The position numbers and the translations under genes were made by a program. From contig CAWDYW010000003.1 of NCBI GenBank assembly GCA_963806855.1, positions 224,001-288,000 on the forward strand: a stretch of 64,000 nucleotides of DNA, written 5' to 3'. Shown here piece by piece: positions 9,166 through 19,307 of the stretch. The stretch's first letter is position 1; the number at the start of each line of letters is the position of its first letter. The notes under the pieces are model-generated. The model ran no database searches. It was not told the DNA's origin and was given only the letters and a program-made list of their open reading frames with translations. The stretch is from an uncultured Verrucomicrobiae bacterium. GTDB taxonomy: Bacteria; Chlamydiota; Chlamydiia; Chlamydiales; Rhabdochlamydiaceae.

Positions 9166-12100
9166 TTATTTCTTCTCAATAATTGCTTGCAGTCCGGGAT
9201 CTTCGATGCCGTGCTGTTGCAATTCGGATAACGCTTCCTGTAAAAGGGTGAGATCAGGTGGGGTATTGAGCATCATCACTATTTCTGCTTGAGTGAATTT
9301 TTTTGCCATATAGGAACGAATTCTTTCACTTATTAATTTCGTTAATTTTGGCAGACGAATTATTTGCGATGACTCTAAGGGTGCTCTGGTTGTTGGAGAT
9401 GTGTAATGTTTATCAGCCCAAGCTTTTAGAGCTCTTCTTTCATACAGGGTCTTCCCCTTTATTTGGGTTGGATCTAAAGCAAATTCGGAGATCGGAACTC
9501 CAGTAATCGGACATACAAAAAGGCTAAATATCATATCTTCTTCTAATTCTTGGGGGATGCCTTTTTGGAAGGAGAGCACTACTGCGACAGAGTTTTTTTG
9601 CTGGACGATTAACTGTTGTAATTTGTCTAAATTTGGGAAGGCAGGAAAAACCCTCTGGAGCTCCGCGAATGCTGCTTCAAGAAGGGCTGTGCTTGGTCTT
9701 TCTTGGCCGTTATAAGAGCGCTTCTGGGCCTCGATTAAAGCTTTAACTGCAGGAAGTGGAGGCAGATTGAAGTTTTGCACACCTCTTGCCTCTCGGATGT
9801 TTGTCCCATTAAAATAGGGTTCAAAACAGATCGGACGTTTTGTGGTGTCGCAGATGAATAGGCTAAAAATTGGATCGTTTCCTAATTCAGGTGGGATTCC
9901 ATTGTCAAATGAGACCCGAGGGACGACTCTTACTAATTGTGACATATCCTGTATGAGCTGATTACACACAAGTTCTGTCTTTTCCACTTTGCGGGTTAAC
10001 TTCTCTGCTAATCGGATTAATTTTTCATTGCCAGAAACATCAGCGCTCTTTTTATTTTCCATCGCCATTTCTTTTAGAACTAAAAAGAGATCGACAATTA
10101 TCTTTTGTTCACCAAGTATAGCTAAGCCAAAGAGTTCAGTGATAGCTCCAATTAGCAGTGGGGCATCCTTTAAATTTGGCAATTCATCACCGGAAATATG
10201 AGAGTTTTTATAAAGTTTTTGACGTTTATTGATTAAAGCTCCGACTGTACCCAACGGGGTAATCCCCCCTTCTTTAAAGAATAGGTGCCCGTCATATTCA
10301 CAGAGATATGCCTTTTTGGCTTTTATAAACACAGCAGGATTTTTGGTAATTGGAAGAGAGGTGATCTGATTGATAAAAATCCTAAAGATTCTGTCTTTTT
10401 GCAATTTTTCTAGGGGTATAACTAGGGGTGGAGCGGAGTCCGTTTTGCTTTCAACCTCCGAAGAATAAAGTGCAACTCTGCAATTCTTTTGGATATTTCT
10501 TTCTATCTTTGCTGTGAGAAATAGAGTTGAGCTTTGCAGTTTTACTAATTTTTCAATTAATTTGCGGAATACCTCCCCTTGTCTGCAGGCATTTTGAAAC
10601 TCTAAGCCTAATTCGGTTAGCTGGGCTGGTTCTGGTGCATCGAAGCAGATGGGAGGTGATTCAACCCGAGAGGGCTCAGAAGGAAGCGCCTTGCCCAATC
10701 CTAATGTAGATCTCCATGAACTTAGCGACTCCTCCATCTTTTGCAACGTGGTTTTATACTCTCTTTTTCTCTCCCTTTTTAGTAGCAATCTCTTTTCTTC
10801 ATCCTGTAAAATTCGCGTATCTTCATCCCTGAAAATTCGTGCAAGATATTCACATAATCGAGCTACTTCCCTTCTTTTAAAATGACTCAGATTCCTCTCT
10901 TGTCCGCTTAGGAGTTGAACTAATTGGATCGCTTTTTCAACCACTTTAATACGATGATGATCGATCGAGCTAACCGATCCAGCAGTTGCTCTTTTCAGCT
11001 TCCCAAAAAACATTTCTAATTTGGCAGATAATTGGGCGAGATATTCAGTTACAGAAAAATCTTGAATTTGGCAATTTAGTTCGCGTAGTTGAAGATGTAA
11101 TTCTGCGAACATATTATCGTCGGGAGCACGATGTACCGGCTGAGGTGGGGCAGCTCCTTCATCTTCGGAAAAGTTAGGGGGAGAGTTTGGCCGTGCTTGG
11201 GAGCGTAGGCTTACCAAAGCTTTTATGCGATTTAGTTCAAATTGTACATCACTGTCTATTTCTGGACGGCTTTCAACTGATGGCCTGGAATTGGAATTAT
11301 TATATCCGGTAGATTTAATAGGGCTTACTTCAAATTGTTCTTCAATGTCTGATATTGTCGGAGCCATAGGCAGGATGCGACGGCGTACTTGGCGAGGTGG
11401 GGAAGAATTAGGCTCCCCGTTGTCATGTAAGCGACGTAGATCCCCTGTGGTAACCCAAGGTGGCGGTAGAGGTTGAGGCTGACGTTGTACTACAACCCGG
11501 TTATGGGGAGGATTTGGTTCTGCATTGTCCTGTTGACGAGGTGGTCCATCGAGGGAAAAGCGGCGGCGGGGAAGAGGGGGTAGGGTATCTTCATCATCAT
11601 GGGAAAAGTTAGAGGGAGAGTCTAACCGTGCTTGGGCGCGAAGGCTTTTCAATTCAGCATTTCTGCGCGCATGTTTAGCATTTAAAACTTGATACTGGTT
11701 ATTTGCTTCGCGCAGTCGATCCAATGATTCTTCGAACATGCTGAAAGGATTATCGTCGGGAGCAGGACGTCCATACTGAGGCTGAGGTGGCCCGAGGGGG
11801 CGCGAAGGAGGATTGTCACGAAAGGGAGGTGCTGGTCCTTGTTGGGGTGCAGGCAGTGGGGGAGGTTGCTGCGATGATGGAAGTCGACGTCGTATTATGC
11901 GGATATTTTGGTGGCTCGGGGGAACCGGTTGTTGTAGCAGCTGGGGAGGCGGTTGTCTTGGTAGGAAAAGTAGGCGAGGCGGTGGTCCTTGTTGGGGTGC
12001 AGGCTGTTGGGGAGGATTATTATGAACTTGTGGAGGTGGTCCTTGTACGGGCGCTGGATGCGGTGGAGCAGGGTTGGGATTTACGGCAGCACGTGCTAAG

Positions 12101-12744
12101 TATAGTGCTCTTGCGCTAACGGCCATACTCACGAGGGCGACCCCAGCTAAAACTGACCGGTGGGCAATTTTATTTGGATTGTAAAGATATTGTGTAGCTA
12201 ATGAGGCGGTGCAGGCAATCACCGAATGTAGTCCGATATTACGAAGGGTTTGACGCCTGTCACCCTGTATAAGTTGTGGCAAGAGGTAACCAATCTTCGA
12301 GATTCCGTAAACCTCCAAGGCTATAGAGGCTATTGTGGCTGCTTCGTGTTGGTGGTTGTTTGCGATAAAGGAAATCGCTGTCGAAAGATAAGTCGAGGCT
12401 GTTGCAGTTACGGCGGCGATAATGACCTTTGCTTGCATCTGGCCAGGCTCAGAGTTAAAGCTAAAGCTCATTGCTAAGAAGATAGATAAGAGGGAATGGT
12501 TTGGAGAAAAATAGTCGCCAGCTGCCTTAATGGCTGTGAAGGCAGTTGAAGCTAGGAGCATTCTTCTGTGATAGGCGAAGTAGGAGGGATCTAAACTGGT
12601 GATTCCGATGGTTACAGCTCCAGCGAGTGTTCCGACTACACTATTTGTGACTGTCGCTCCGATCATTCCACCCGCTACAACCATGCAGCCTGTTTTTGCA
12701 AGCTCTGAGGCGGGTCTGGTTCTTATTTCGTCTAGGATTCTCAT
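9166..12744 (-). CDS. Putative T3SS effector A: hydrophobic N-terminus, Pro-rich linker, C-terminal U-box (putative E3 ubiquitin ligase)
   Basis: FVCPITGVPISEFALDP..G.TLYERRALKAW...TSPTTRAPL follows the U-box consensus; preceded by a degenerate copy (FICDTTKRPI); paralog of the next two genes. Confidence 0.75.
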   Translation of the reverse strand: MRILDEIRTRPASELAKTGCMVVAGGMIGATVTNSVVGTLAGAVTIGITSLDPSYFAYHRRMLLASTAFTAIKAAGDYFSPNHSLLSIFLAMSFSFNSEPGQMQAKVIIAAVTATASTYLSTAISFIANNHQHEAATIASIALEVYGISKIGYLLPQLIQGDRRQTLRNIGLHSVIACTASLATQYLYNPNKIAHRSVLAGVALVSMAVSARALYLARAAVNPNPAPPHPAPVQGPPPQVHNNPPQQPAPQQGPPPRLLFLPRQPPPQLLQQPVPPSHQNIRIIRRRLPSSQQPPPLPAPQQGPAPPFRDNPPSRPLGPPQPQYGRPAPDDNPFSMFEESLDRLREANNQYQVLNAKHARRNAELKSLRAQARLDSPSNFSHDDEDTLPPLPRRRFSLDGPPRQQDNAEPNPPHNRVVVQRQPQPLPPPWVTTGDLRRLHDNGEPNSSPPRQVRRRILPMAPTISDIEEQFEVSPIKSTGYNNSNSRPSVESRPEIDSDVQFELNRIKALVSLRSQARPNSPPNFSEDEGAAPPQPVHRAPDDNMFAELHLQLRELNCQIQDFSVTEYLAQLSAKLEMFFGKLKRATAGSVSSIDHHRIKVVEKAIQLVQLLSGQERNLSHFKRREVARLCEYLARIFRDEDTRILQDEEKRLLLKRERKREYKTTLQKMEESLSSWRSTLGLGKALPSEPSRVESPPICFDAPEPAQLTELGLEFQNACRQGEVFRKLIEKLVKLQSSTLFLTAKIERNIQKNCRVALYSSEVESKTDSAPPLVIPLEKLQKDRIFRIFINQITSLPITKNPAVFIKAKKAYLCEYDGHLFFKEGGITPLGTVGALINKRQKLYKNSHISGDELPNLKDAPLLIGAITELFGLAILGEQKIIVDLFLVLKEMAMENKKSADVSGNEKLIRLAEKLTRKVEKTELVCNQLIQDMSQLVRVVPRVSFDNGIPPELGNDPIFSLFICDTTKRPICFEPYFNGTNIREARGVQNFNLPPLPAVKALIEAQKRSYNGQERPSTALLEAAFAELQRVFPAFPNLDKLQQLIVQQKNSVAVVLSFQKGIPQELEEDMIFSLFVCPITGVPISEFALDPTQIKGKTLYERRALKAWADKHYTSPTTRAPLESSQIIRLPKLTKLISERIRSYMAKKFTQAEIVMMLNTPPDLTLLQEALSELQQHGIEDPGLQAIIEKK

Positions 12745-12756
12745 AATTGTTGAGGA

Positions 12757-12785
12757 ATTGTCCGGAAATGTAAGGAATTTTGCAA
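12757..12785 (-). promoter_or_regulatory. Putative sigma66 promoter of U-box gene A
   Basis: TTGCAA-17-GACAAT on the minus strand; equivalent elements precede all three paralogs. Confidence 0.5.
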
Positions 12786-12798
12786 GGACAAAACTGTT

Positions 12799-15700
12799 TT
12801 AAAAGCCCCTATCAACATCAATAATTGTTTGCAATCCGGGATCGTCGATGCCGTGTTGTTGCAATTCGGATAATGCTTCATGTAAACGGATGGGATCAGG
12901 GGGTGTATTGAGCATCCGCTCTATTTCAGCTTGAGTCCATTTTTTTGCTTTATAGGAACGAATTCTGTAGCTTATTAATTTTGTTAATTTTGGCAGACGA
13001 ATTACTTCCGATGACTCTAGGGGCCGTCTAGTTGTTGGAGAGGTGCGATGTTTATTTGCCCAAACTTCTAAAAGTTTTCTTTCATAGAGTGTCTTCCCCT
13101 TTTTTTGGGTTGGGTCTAAGGAAAATTCGCGGATCGGAGCCCCAGTAATCGGGCATTCAAATAGGCGGAATATCATATCATCTTCTAATTCTTGAGGGAT
13201 CCCCTTTTCGAAGGAAAGCACAACTTCGGCAGAATCTTTTTGCTGAACGATTAGCTGTTGTAATTTATCTAAATTTGGGAAGGCAGGAAAAACTCTTTGT
13301 AGCTCCACCCATGCTGCGGCAAGAATGGCTGGGCTTGGTCTTCCTTGGCCGTTATAAGAGCCCTTCTGTGCCTCGATTAAAGCTTTAACTGCAGGAAGTT
13401 GGTGCATATTGTGGTTTTGCACACCTCTTACTTCTCGGATGTCTCTCCCATCAAAATAGAGTTCGAAGCAGATGGGGCGTCCTGTGTTGTTGTTGATGAA
13501 CAGGCTAAAAATCGGATCGTTTTTTAATTCAGCTGGGATTCCATTGTCAAATGAGATTCGGGGGATGACTCTTTCTGATTCTTGTGACGCACTTGGTAAG
13601 AGCAGATTAAATAGACGCTCTAGCTTTTCTACTTTGTAGATTAATTTTTCGGCTAATGGGATGAATGCTGCATTGCCTGAAACCTCGGTTGCAGTTTTAT
13701 TTTCCATCGCCATTTCCTTTAGAATTAATAAGAAATCAGCAGCCTTCTTTCGTTTACCCTCAGTGATAGCTGGCATGGGCGGCTTTGTAAAGGTTATCGT
13801 TGGGAGTCGTTGAATAAAACCTCTATTTAGTTTGGTCTTTGTCGCTTCCATCAATATAAAGAGGTCTTCGATCAAGATCTCGAACTTGAAAGGATGACGA
13901 GCATACATCACCCGTGGGTCAGCTGGGATCATTTTGAGCAACTGAACGAATTGCTCTTGCTTATCATCGATGGCTAGTCGAGTAATCGCTTGCAAATCGA
14001 AGTGATAATCTAATAACTCTTCGAGTTGAGTGATCCTGCATCGACAGAGCTCCCCATTAAATTCATCTAAAATTGTTCTATCCCTAGCATTGGTAACCGC
14101 TTGGTGAAGGTCTTGAAGGCTCATATCTTCAGTATTCTCAAACAGATGATCCGCAACAATCGCTTGAATCATCATGCTTTCTACTCGCAAGAGAGCTTGC
14201 CTGGCGTGCATAGGTAGCGAAGAGGGGTTCGCCATTGCCTTTTCAATCACTTCTCGAATGAACAAATTGAGCTGATCTTTACCTTCTAATTTGTATTTGA
14301 GCATGGCATCGGTCCGCAGCTTACAAGTCCACAGTTGATAAGCTCTAGTTAAACTATTTGTTCTAATCCCATCGATCCCTTCCTCTTCCATCATCTTATT
14401 TAGGATGTCAGGAAGATCAATTCTGTGTTTTGCTTTTGGGAATGAGATATCTGTCAGGTCGGCATATTTTGGACCTAATCGAATCACATTTTCGGTCACT
14501 TTGCCTTGACGGACCATCTTGTAGGCGACCTCTTTTTTACTCGAGCCGGCTTGTTTGTAGTAGCCAACATTTTCCCCTTCGTCGGGAGCGCGACGTGTCG
14601 GCTGAGATAGGGCAACTTCTTCATCGTCTTCATCGTCGGAAATGGGTGGATTAAAGAGGCGAGGAGGGGAAACTTCTTCATCGTCTTCATCGTCGGAAAC
14701 GGGTGGATTAAAGAGGCGAGGAGGGGAAACTTCTTCATCGTCGGAAAGGTTGGGGGGAGAGTCTGACCGTACTCGGGCAATTAGACTTTCCAATTCAGCA
14801 TTTCTGCGCGCATGTGCAGCATTTAACCGGTTAGTTTCTGCATTGAATTGATCAATTATATCTCTGATAGAATTATCGTCGGGATCAGGACGTACTGGAG
14901 GGGGGAGGGCATTCAGTCGGTTCAATTGAGCATTCAGTCGATCAAATTCAGCATACAGCCGACCAAATCCTTCATTGGAGGAAGAGTCTCTTATTTGGGC
15001 ACTCACTCGATCCAATTCAGCACGCAGACGATCCAATTCAGCATTTCTGTGCTCATGCTCCGCGATCGGTTGAGGTTGCTGCGGTGATGGAAGTCGACGT
15101 GGTCTGAGGGCATGTGGGTGGTACGGTTGAGGAGGTTGTGGTTGTCCTTGTGGTCTAGCACCCTGGATCGGAGGAGGTGGTCCTTGTTGGGGTACAGGCT
15201 GCGGCGGAGCAGGGTTGGGATTTACGAGAGCGCGTCTTAAGTATAGTGCTATCGCGCTAGTGGCCATACTCATGAGGCCGACCACAGCTAAACCTGACCA
15301 GTGGGCGACTTCTTTTTTTGGATTGTAAAGATATCGTGTACATAATGATGTAATGGAGGCACTCACCGCATGGAATCCGATTTTGCGAAGGGTTTGACTC
15401 CTGTCACCCTGTATAAGTTGTGGCAAGAGGTAACCAATATTCACGGCCCCATAAAACTCCGCAGTTATAGAGGCAATTGTGGTCGCTTCGCGTAGGTAGG
15501 TTTTTGCGATAAAGGAAATCGCTGTCGGTAGATAGGTTGAAGCTGTTGCAGTTGCGGCGGTGATGACAACTTCTTGTACCTGACGCGTCCCAAAGAGGAA
15601 GCCAGATGTCAATGCTGTACAGATAGCTAAGAAGGAATGGTTTTGAAGAAGATAGTCGGCTGCTGCTTTATGGGCTGCGAAGACAGTGGCGGCTAGGAGG

Positions 15701-15882
15701 ATTTTTCTCGGATTGCCGATCGTAAAGGGATAGCATCCGATGGTTACAGCTCCGCCGAGTGCGCCACCTACACTATTTGTGAATGTTGCTCCGATCATTC
15801 CGCCAGCTACAAGCTTGCAAGCTGTTTGTGCAAGCGCTGAAGTGGGTCTGGTTATTCTCTCGATGTTGTCTAGGATTCTCAT
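12799..15882 (-). CDS. Putative T3SS effector B, U-box paralog
   Basis: FECPITGAPIREFSLDP..GKTLYER...TSPTTRRPL U-box; shares N- and C-terminal blocks with its neighbours; unique central domain. Confidence 0.75.
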   Translation of the reverse strand: MRILDNIERITRPTSALAQTACKLVAGGMIGATFTNSVGGALGGAVTIGCYPFTIGNPRKILLAATVFAAHKAAADYLLQNHSFLAICTALTSGFLFGTRQVQEVVITAATATASTYLPTAISFIAKTYLREATTIASITAEFYGAVNIGYLLPQLIQGDRSQTLRKIGFHAVSASITSLCTRYLYNPKKEVAHWSGLAVVGLMSMATSAIALYLRRALVNPNPAPPQPVPQQGPPPPIQGARPQGQPQPPQPYHPHALRPRRLPSPQQPQPIAEHEHRNAELDRLRAELDRVSAQIRDSSSNEGFGRLYAEFDRLNAQLNRLNALPPPVRPDPDDNSIRDIIDQFNAETNRLNAAHARRNAELESLIARVRSDSPPNLSDDEEVSPPRLFNPPVSDDEDDEEVSPPRLFNPPISDDEDDEEVALSQPTRRAPDEGENVGYYKQAGSSKKEVAYKMVRQGKVTENVIRLGPKYADLTDISFPKAKHRIDLPDILNKMMEEEGIDGIRTNSLTRAYQLWTCKLRTDAMLKYKLEGKDQLNLFIREVIEKAMANPSSLPMHARQALLRVESMMIQAIVADHLFENTEDMSLQDLHQAVTNARDRTILDEFNGELCRCRITQLEELLDYHFDLQAITRLAIDDKQEQFVQLLKMIPADPRVMYARHPFKFEILIEDLFILMEATKTKLNRGFIQRLPTITFTKPPMPAITEGKRKKAADFLLILKEMAMENKTATEVSGNAAFIPLAEKLIYKVEKLERLFNLLLPSASQESERVIPRISFDNGIPAELKNDPIFSLFINNNTGRPICFELYFDGRDIREVRGVQNHNMHQLPAVKALIEAQKGSYNGQGRPSPAILAAAWVELQRVFPAFPNLDKLQQLIVQQKDSAEVVLSFEKGIPQELEDDMIFRLFECPITGAPIREFSLDPTQKKGKTLYERKLLEVWANKHRTSPTTRRPLESSEVIRLPKLTKLISYRIRSYKAKKWTQAEIERMLNTPPDPIRLHEALSELQQHGIDDPGLQTIIDVDRGF
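14614..14747. repeat. 57-bp intragenic tandem repeat (about 2.3 copies) encoding SDDEDDEEVSPPRLFNPP[V/I]
   Basis: aacttcttcatcg recurs at 14614, 14671 and 14728. Confidence 0.85.
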
Positions 15883-15893
15883 ATTGACAGTAG

Positions 15894-15922
15894 ATTCTCC
15901 AGAAAGGGCGGAAATGTTGCAA
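15894..15922 (-). promoter_or_regulatory. Putative sigma66 promoter of U-box gene B
   Basis: TTGCAA-17-GAGAAT on the minus strand. Confidence 0.5.
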
Positions 15923-15933
15923 GGTATAATATT

Positions 15934-15966
15934 TTAAAAGTCCAAGTCAATTCTGACATCGCCTTC
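15934..15966 (-). pseudogene. Remnant of an autotransporter 3' end (EGDVRIDLDF*)
   Basis: Matches the C-termini of the adjacent autotransporters (EGDVRFDWAF*, EGDVRMEIAF*) at protein and DNA level. Confidence 0.7.
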
Positions 15967-15977
15967 AACGAAAGGAT

Positions 15978-18900
15978 TTATTTCTTATCAATAATTGCTT
16001 GCAATCCGGGATCTTCGATGCCGTGTTGTTGCAATTCGGATAATGCTTCCTGTAAACGGGCGAGATCGGGGGGTGTATTAAGCATTATCTCTATTTCTGC
16101 TTGAGTGAATTTTTTTGCTTTATAGAAACGAATTCTGTCGCTTATTAATTCTGTTAATTTTGGCAGGCGAATTACTTCCGATGACTCTAAGGGCAGTCTA
16201 GTTGTTGGAGAGGTGTGATGTTTATTTGCCCAAACTTCTAAAAGTTTTCTTTCATAAAGTGTCTTCCCCTTTTCTTGGGTTGGGTCTAAGGAAAATTCGC
16301 AGATTGGAGCCCCAGTAATCGGGCATTCAAAAAGGCAGAATATCATATCATTTTCTAATTCTTGGGGGATCCCTTTTTCGAAGGAAAGCACAACTTCGGC
16401 AGAATTTTTTTGCAGGACGATTAGTTGTTGTAATTTATCTAAATTTGGGAAGGCAGGAAAAATTCTTTGCAGCTCCACCAATGCCGCGTCGAGAATGGCT
16501 GGGCTTGGTCTTTCTTGGCCGTTATAAGAACGCTTCTGGGCCTCGATTAAAGCTTTAACTGCAGGAAGTTGGCGCATATTGTGGTTTTGCACACCTCTTG
16601 CTTCTCGGATGTCTATCCCATCAAAATAGAGTTCAAAACAGATGGGACGTTTTGTGGTGTCGTTGATGAACAAGCTAAAAATCGGATCGTTTTCTAATTC
16701 AGCTGGGATTCCATAGTCAAATGAGATTCGGGGGATGACTCTTACTGCCATATTCTTTTTTGATGCTTCGAGAACGTGGGCTTCGTATTGCTCGCGGAGC
16801 TCTGCTAACTTTCTTTTCTCTTCTTCGAAGAGCAGCTTTTCTTGCCTTAATTCTTTGTCCTCTTGAACTTTTTCTTCGTTCTCTCTCGTCATTTCAATCG
16901 TTGCAGTGGTCATCATTTCAAATTCTAACAAGATGCGCATTGTCGCTTTTCTCACGTTTTCTATATCCTTAGCATTTCGCTCATCCATTTTCACAATCAT
17001 GTGACTGCAAATTTCCTGAACGTTGGATTTATAGTCGTTGAAATTTTGACGTGCCAATTCAAGGAACTCTTCTTGTCCACGTTGTTCATTTTCGAAAAGT
17101 TCCTTGAGTTGTTCTGCCATGATCGCATGTTGGAGTTGGAGTTCTCTATAGCCCTCATTCAGAGAGCTCTGATCTGCGTTGTTGGCTTGATGGACCGCAT
17201 TTCTGCGCGCATGTTCAGCATTTAATGCTTGAAACTGGTTATTTTCTTCATGAGGATTAAGGGCGGGGGGAGCACGGCGTATTACCCGCCGAGGTTGCTG
17301 CGGAGGTGGAGGCCGATCTTGTATTTGGACAACCCGGCGACTGGAAGGGGTTGATTCTGCATCTTCTCGATGGAGAGATGGTGGCTCTTGTTGGGGTACC
17401 GGCTGGGGGGAAAGAGGTCGGATAGGACTTAAGTCAAATTGTGGAGCGCTGCCCGGTGCTGGTTGCGGGGAAAGAGAGGGGGAACCTTCTATTAGGCGGC
17501 GAGATTTACCCATAATCTGATCTACGAGATTTTGAGCATGATCGAGCGGTGGTTGCGGGGGATGACGGAGGTGACGTTGTACTATGCGAACTGGGTTGGA
17601 AGGAGGGTTTGGCTCTGCATTGTCCTGTTGACGAGGTGCTCCGTCGAGGGAAAACCGGCGGCGGGGAGGAGGGGATAGGGCATCTTCTTCATCGGAAAAG
17701 TTAGGGGAAGAGTCTGACCGTACTAGGGCATGTAGGCTTTTTAATTCCGCTTTTCTGCGTGCGTGTTCAGCATCGCGACCTACTACTGCCTGAGGTTGTT
17801 CCAAAGGTGGAGAGCGACGTCGAAGTCCTATTAATCCATAACGGCGCTGGGGAGGAGAATTAAGCTCTGCATTGTCCTGTTGACGAGGTGGTCCGTCGAG
17901 GGAAAAGCGGCGGCGGAGAAGAGGGGGTAGGGTATCTTCATCATCATCGGAAAAGTGGGGGCGAAGGGCTGCATTATTGCCTTGTCGCATAGCATTATTC
18001 GCTTGAAGTACTGCATTATTGCGCGCATGGGCAGCATTTAACTGGTTAGTTTCTGCATTATTGCCTTGTCGCATAGCATTATTGCGCGCATAGTCAGCAT
18101 TTAACCGTTTATTTTCTGCAATCAATTGAGCAAGCCGGTTAGTTTCTGCATTCAATTGAGCAATTAATGCTTCGGAATCTCTGATAGGGTTATCGTCAGG
18201 ATCAGGACGTACCGGCTGAGAAGAAGATCGACGTCGTATGATGCGGATATTTTCCTTGCTCGGGGGAGGTGCTGGTCCTTGTACGGGCTGTGGGGGAAGA
18301 GGGGGTAGGGCATTCAGTCGGTTCAATTGAGCATTCAGTCGATCAAATTCAGCATACAGCCGACCAAATCCTTCATTGGAGGAAGAGTCTCTTATTTGGG
18401 CACTCACTCGATCCAATTCAGCACGCAGACGATCCAATTCAGCATTTCTGTGCTCCTGTTCGGCTAATTCATCGACGTTGGGAGCTCGAACTATGACCGG
18501 CTGAAGTTGCTGCGGAGGTGGAGGTCGACGTTGTATTATGTCAACCCGGGGACGAGGAGGATTGGGTTCAGCATTGTCACGATGGCGAGGCGGTGGTCCT
18601 TGTACGGGCGCTGGCTGTGGGGGAACAGGGTTTGGATTTATGTAAGCACGTGCTAAATATAGTGCTCTTGCGCTAACGGCCATACTCACGAGGGCGACCA
18701 CAGCTAAAACTGTCCAATGGGCAACTTTATTTGGATTGTAAAGATGTTGTGTTTTTAATGCCGAGGCGGAGGCAATCATCCAATGTAGTCCGATATTGCG
18801 AAGGGTTTGACGCCTGTCACCCTGTATAAGTTGTGGCAAGAGGTAACCAATCTTCGAGATTCCGTAAACCTCCAAGGCTATAGAGGCTATTGTGGCCGCT

Positions 18901-19295
18901 TCGCGTAGGTAGTTGTTTGCGACAAAGGAAATCGCGGTTGGCAGATAGGTTGAGGCTTTTGCTGTTGCGGCGGTGGTGACAACTTCTTGTACCTGACGCG
19001 TCCCAAAGAGGAAGCCAGATGCCAATGCTGTGCAGATAGGTAAGAAGGAATGGTTTTGAAGTAGATAGTCGGCTGCTGCTTTATGGGCTGCGAAGACAGT
19101 GGCGGCTAGGAGGATTCTTCTGTGATTGGCGATCATAAAGGGATAGCATCCGATGGTTACAGCTCCACCGAGTGCGCCACCTACACTATTTGTGACAGTC
19201 GCTCCGATCATTCCTCCTGCGGCAATCATGCACCCTATTTGTGCAAGCGCTGAGGTAGGTCTGGTTCTTCTCTCTATTTCGTCTAGGATTCTCAT
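15978..19295 (-). CDS. Putative T3SS effector C, U-box paralog with central coiled coil
   Basis: FECPITGAPICEFSLDP..GKTLYER...TSPTTRLPL; mosaic of blocks from paralogs A and B; E/K/Q-rich coiled coil before the U-box region. Confidence 0.75.
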   Translation of the reverse strand: MRILDEIERRTRPTSALAQIGCMIAAGGMIGATVTNSVGGALGGAVTIGCYPFMIANHRRILLAATVFAAHKAAADYLLQNHSFLPICTALASGFLFGTRQVQEVVTTAATAKASTYLPTAISFVANNYLREAATIASIALEVYGISKIGYLLPQLIQGDRRQTLRNIGLHWMIASASALKTQHLYNPNKVAHWTVLAVVALVSMAVSARALYLARAYINPNPVPPQPAPVQGPPPRHRDNAEPNPPRPRVDIIQRRPPPPQQLQPVIVRAPNVDELAEQEHRNAELDRLRAELDRVSAQIRDSSSNEGFGRLYAEFDRLNAQLNRLNALPPLPPQPVQGPAPPPSKENIRIIRRRSSSQPVRPDPDDNPIRDSEALIAQLNAETNRLAQLIAENKRLNADYARNNAMRQGNNAETNQLNAAHARNNAVLQANNAMRQGNNAALRPHFSDDDEDTLPPLLRRRFSLDGPPRQQDNAELNSPPQRRYGLIGLRRRSPPLEQPQAVVGRDAEHARRKAELKSLHALVRSDSSPNFSDEEDALSPPPRRRFSLDGAPRQQDNAEPNPPSNPVRIVQRHLRHPPQPPLDHAQNLVDQIMGKSRRLIEGSPSLSPQPAPGSAPQFDLSPIRPLSPQPVPQQEPPSLHREDAESTPSSRRVVQIQDRPPPPQQPRRVIRRAPPALNPHEENNQFQALNAEHARRNAVHQANNADQSSLNEGYRELQLQHAIMAEQLKELFENEQRGQEEFLELARQNFNDYKSNVQEICSHMIVKMDERNAKDIENVRKATMRILLEFEMMTTATIEMTRENEEKVQEDKELRQEKLLFEEEKRKLAELREQYEAHVLEASKKNMAVRVIPRISFDYGIPAELENDPIFSLFINDTTKRPICFELYFDGIDIREARGVQNHNMRQLPAVKALIEAQKRSYNGQERPSPAILDAALVELQRIFPAFPNLDKLQQLIVLQKNSAEVVLSFEKGIPQELENDMIFCLFECPITGAPICEFSLDPTQEKGKTLYERKLLEVWANKHHTSPTTRLPLESSEVIRLPKLTELISDRIRFYKAKKFTQAEIEIMLNTPPDLARLQEALSELQQHGIEDPGLQAIIDKK

Positions 19296-19307
19296 AATTG
19301 TGGGGAG

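Noticed and set aside
9166..19295. Diversity-generating retroelement as the source of the repeated blocks
   Set aside because: No reverse transcriptase is present in the window. The shared blocks are identical or differ at all base types, and they lie within intact paralogs.
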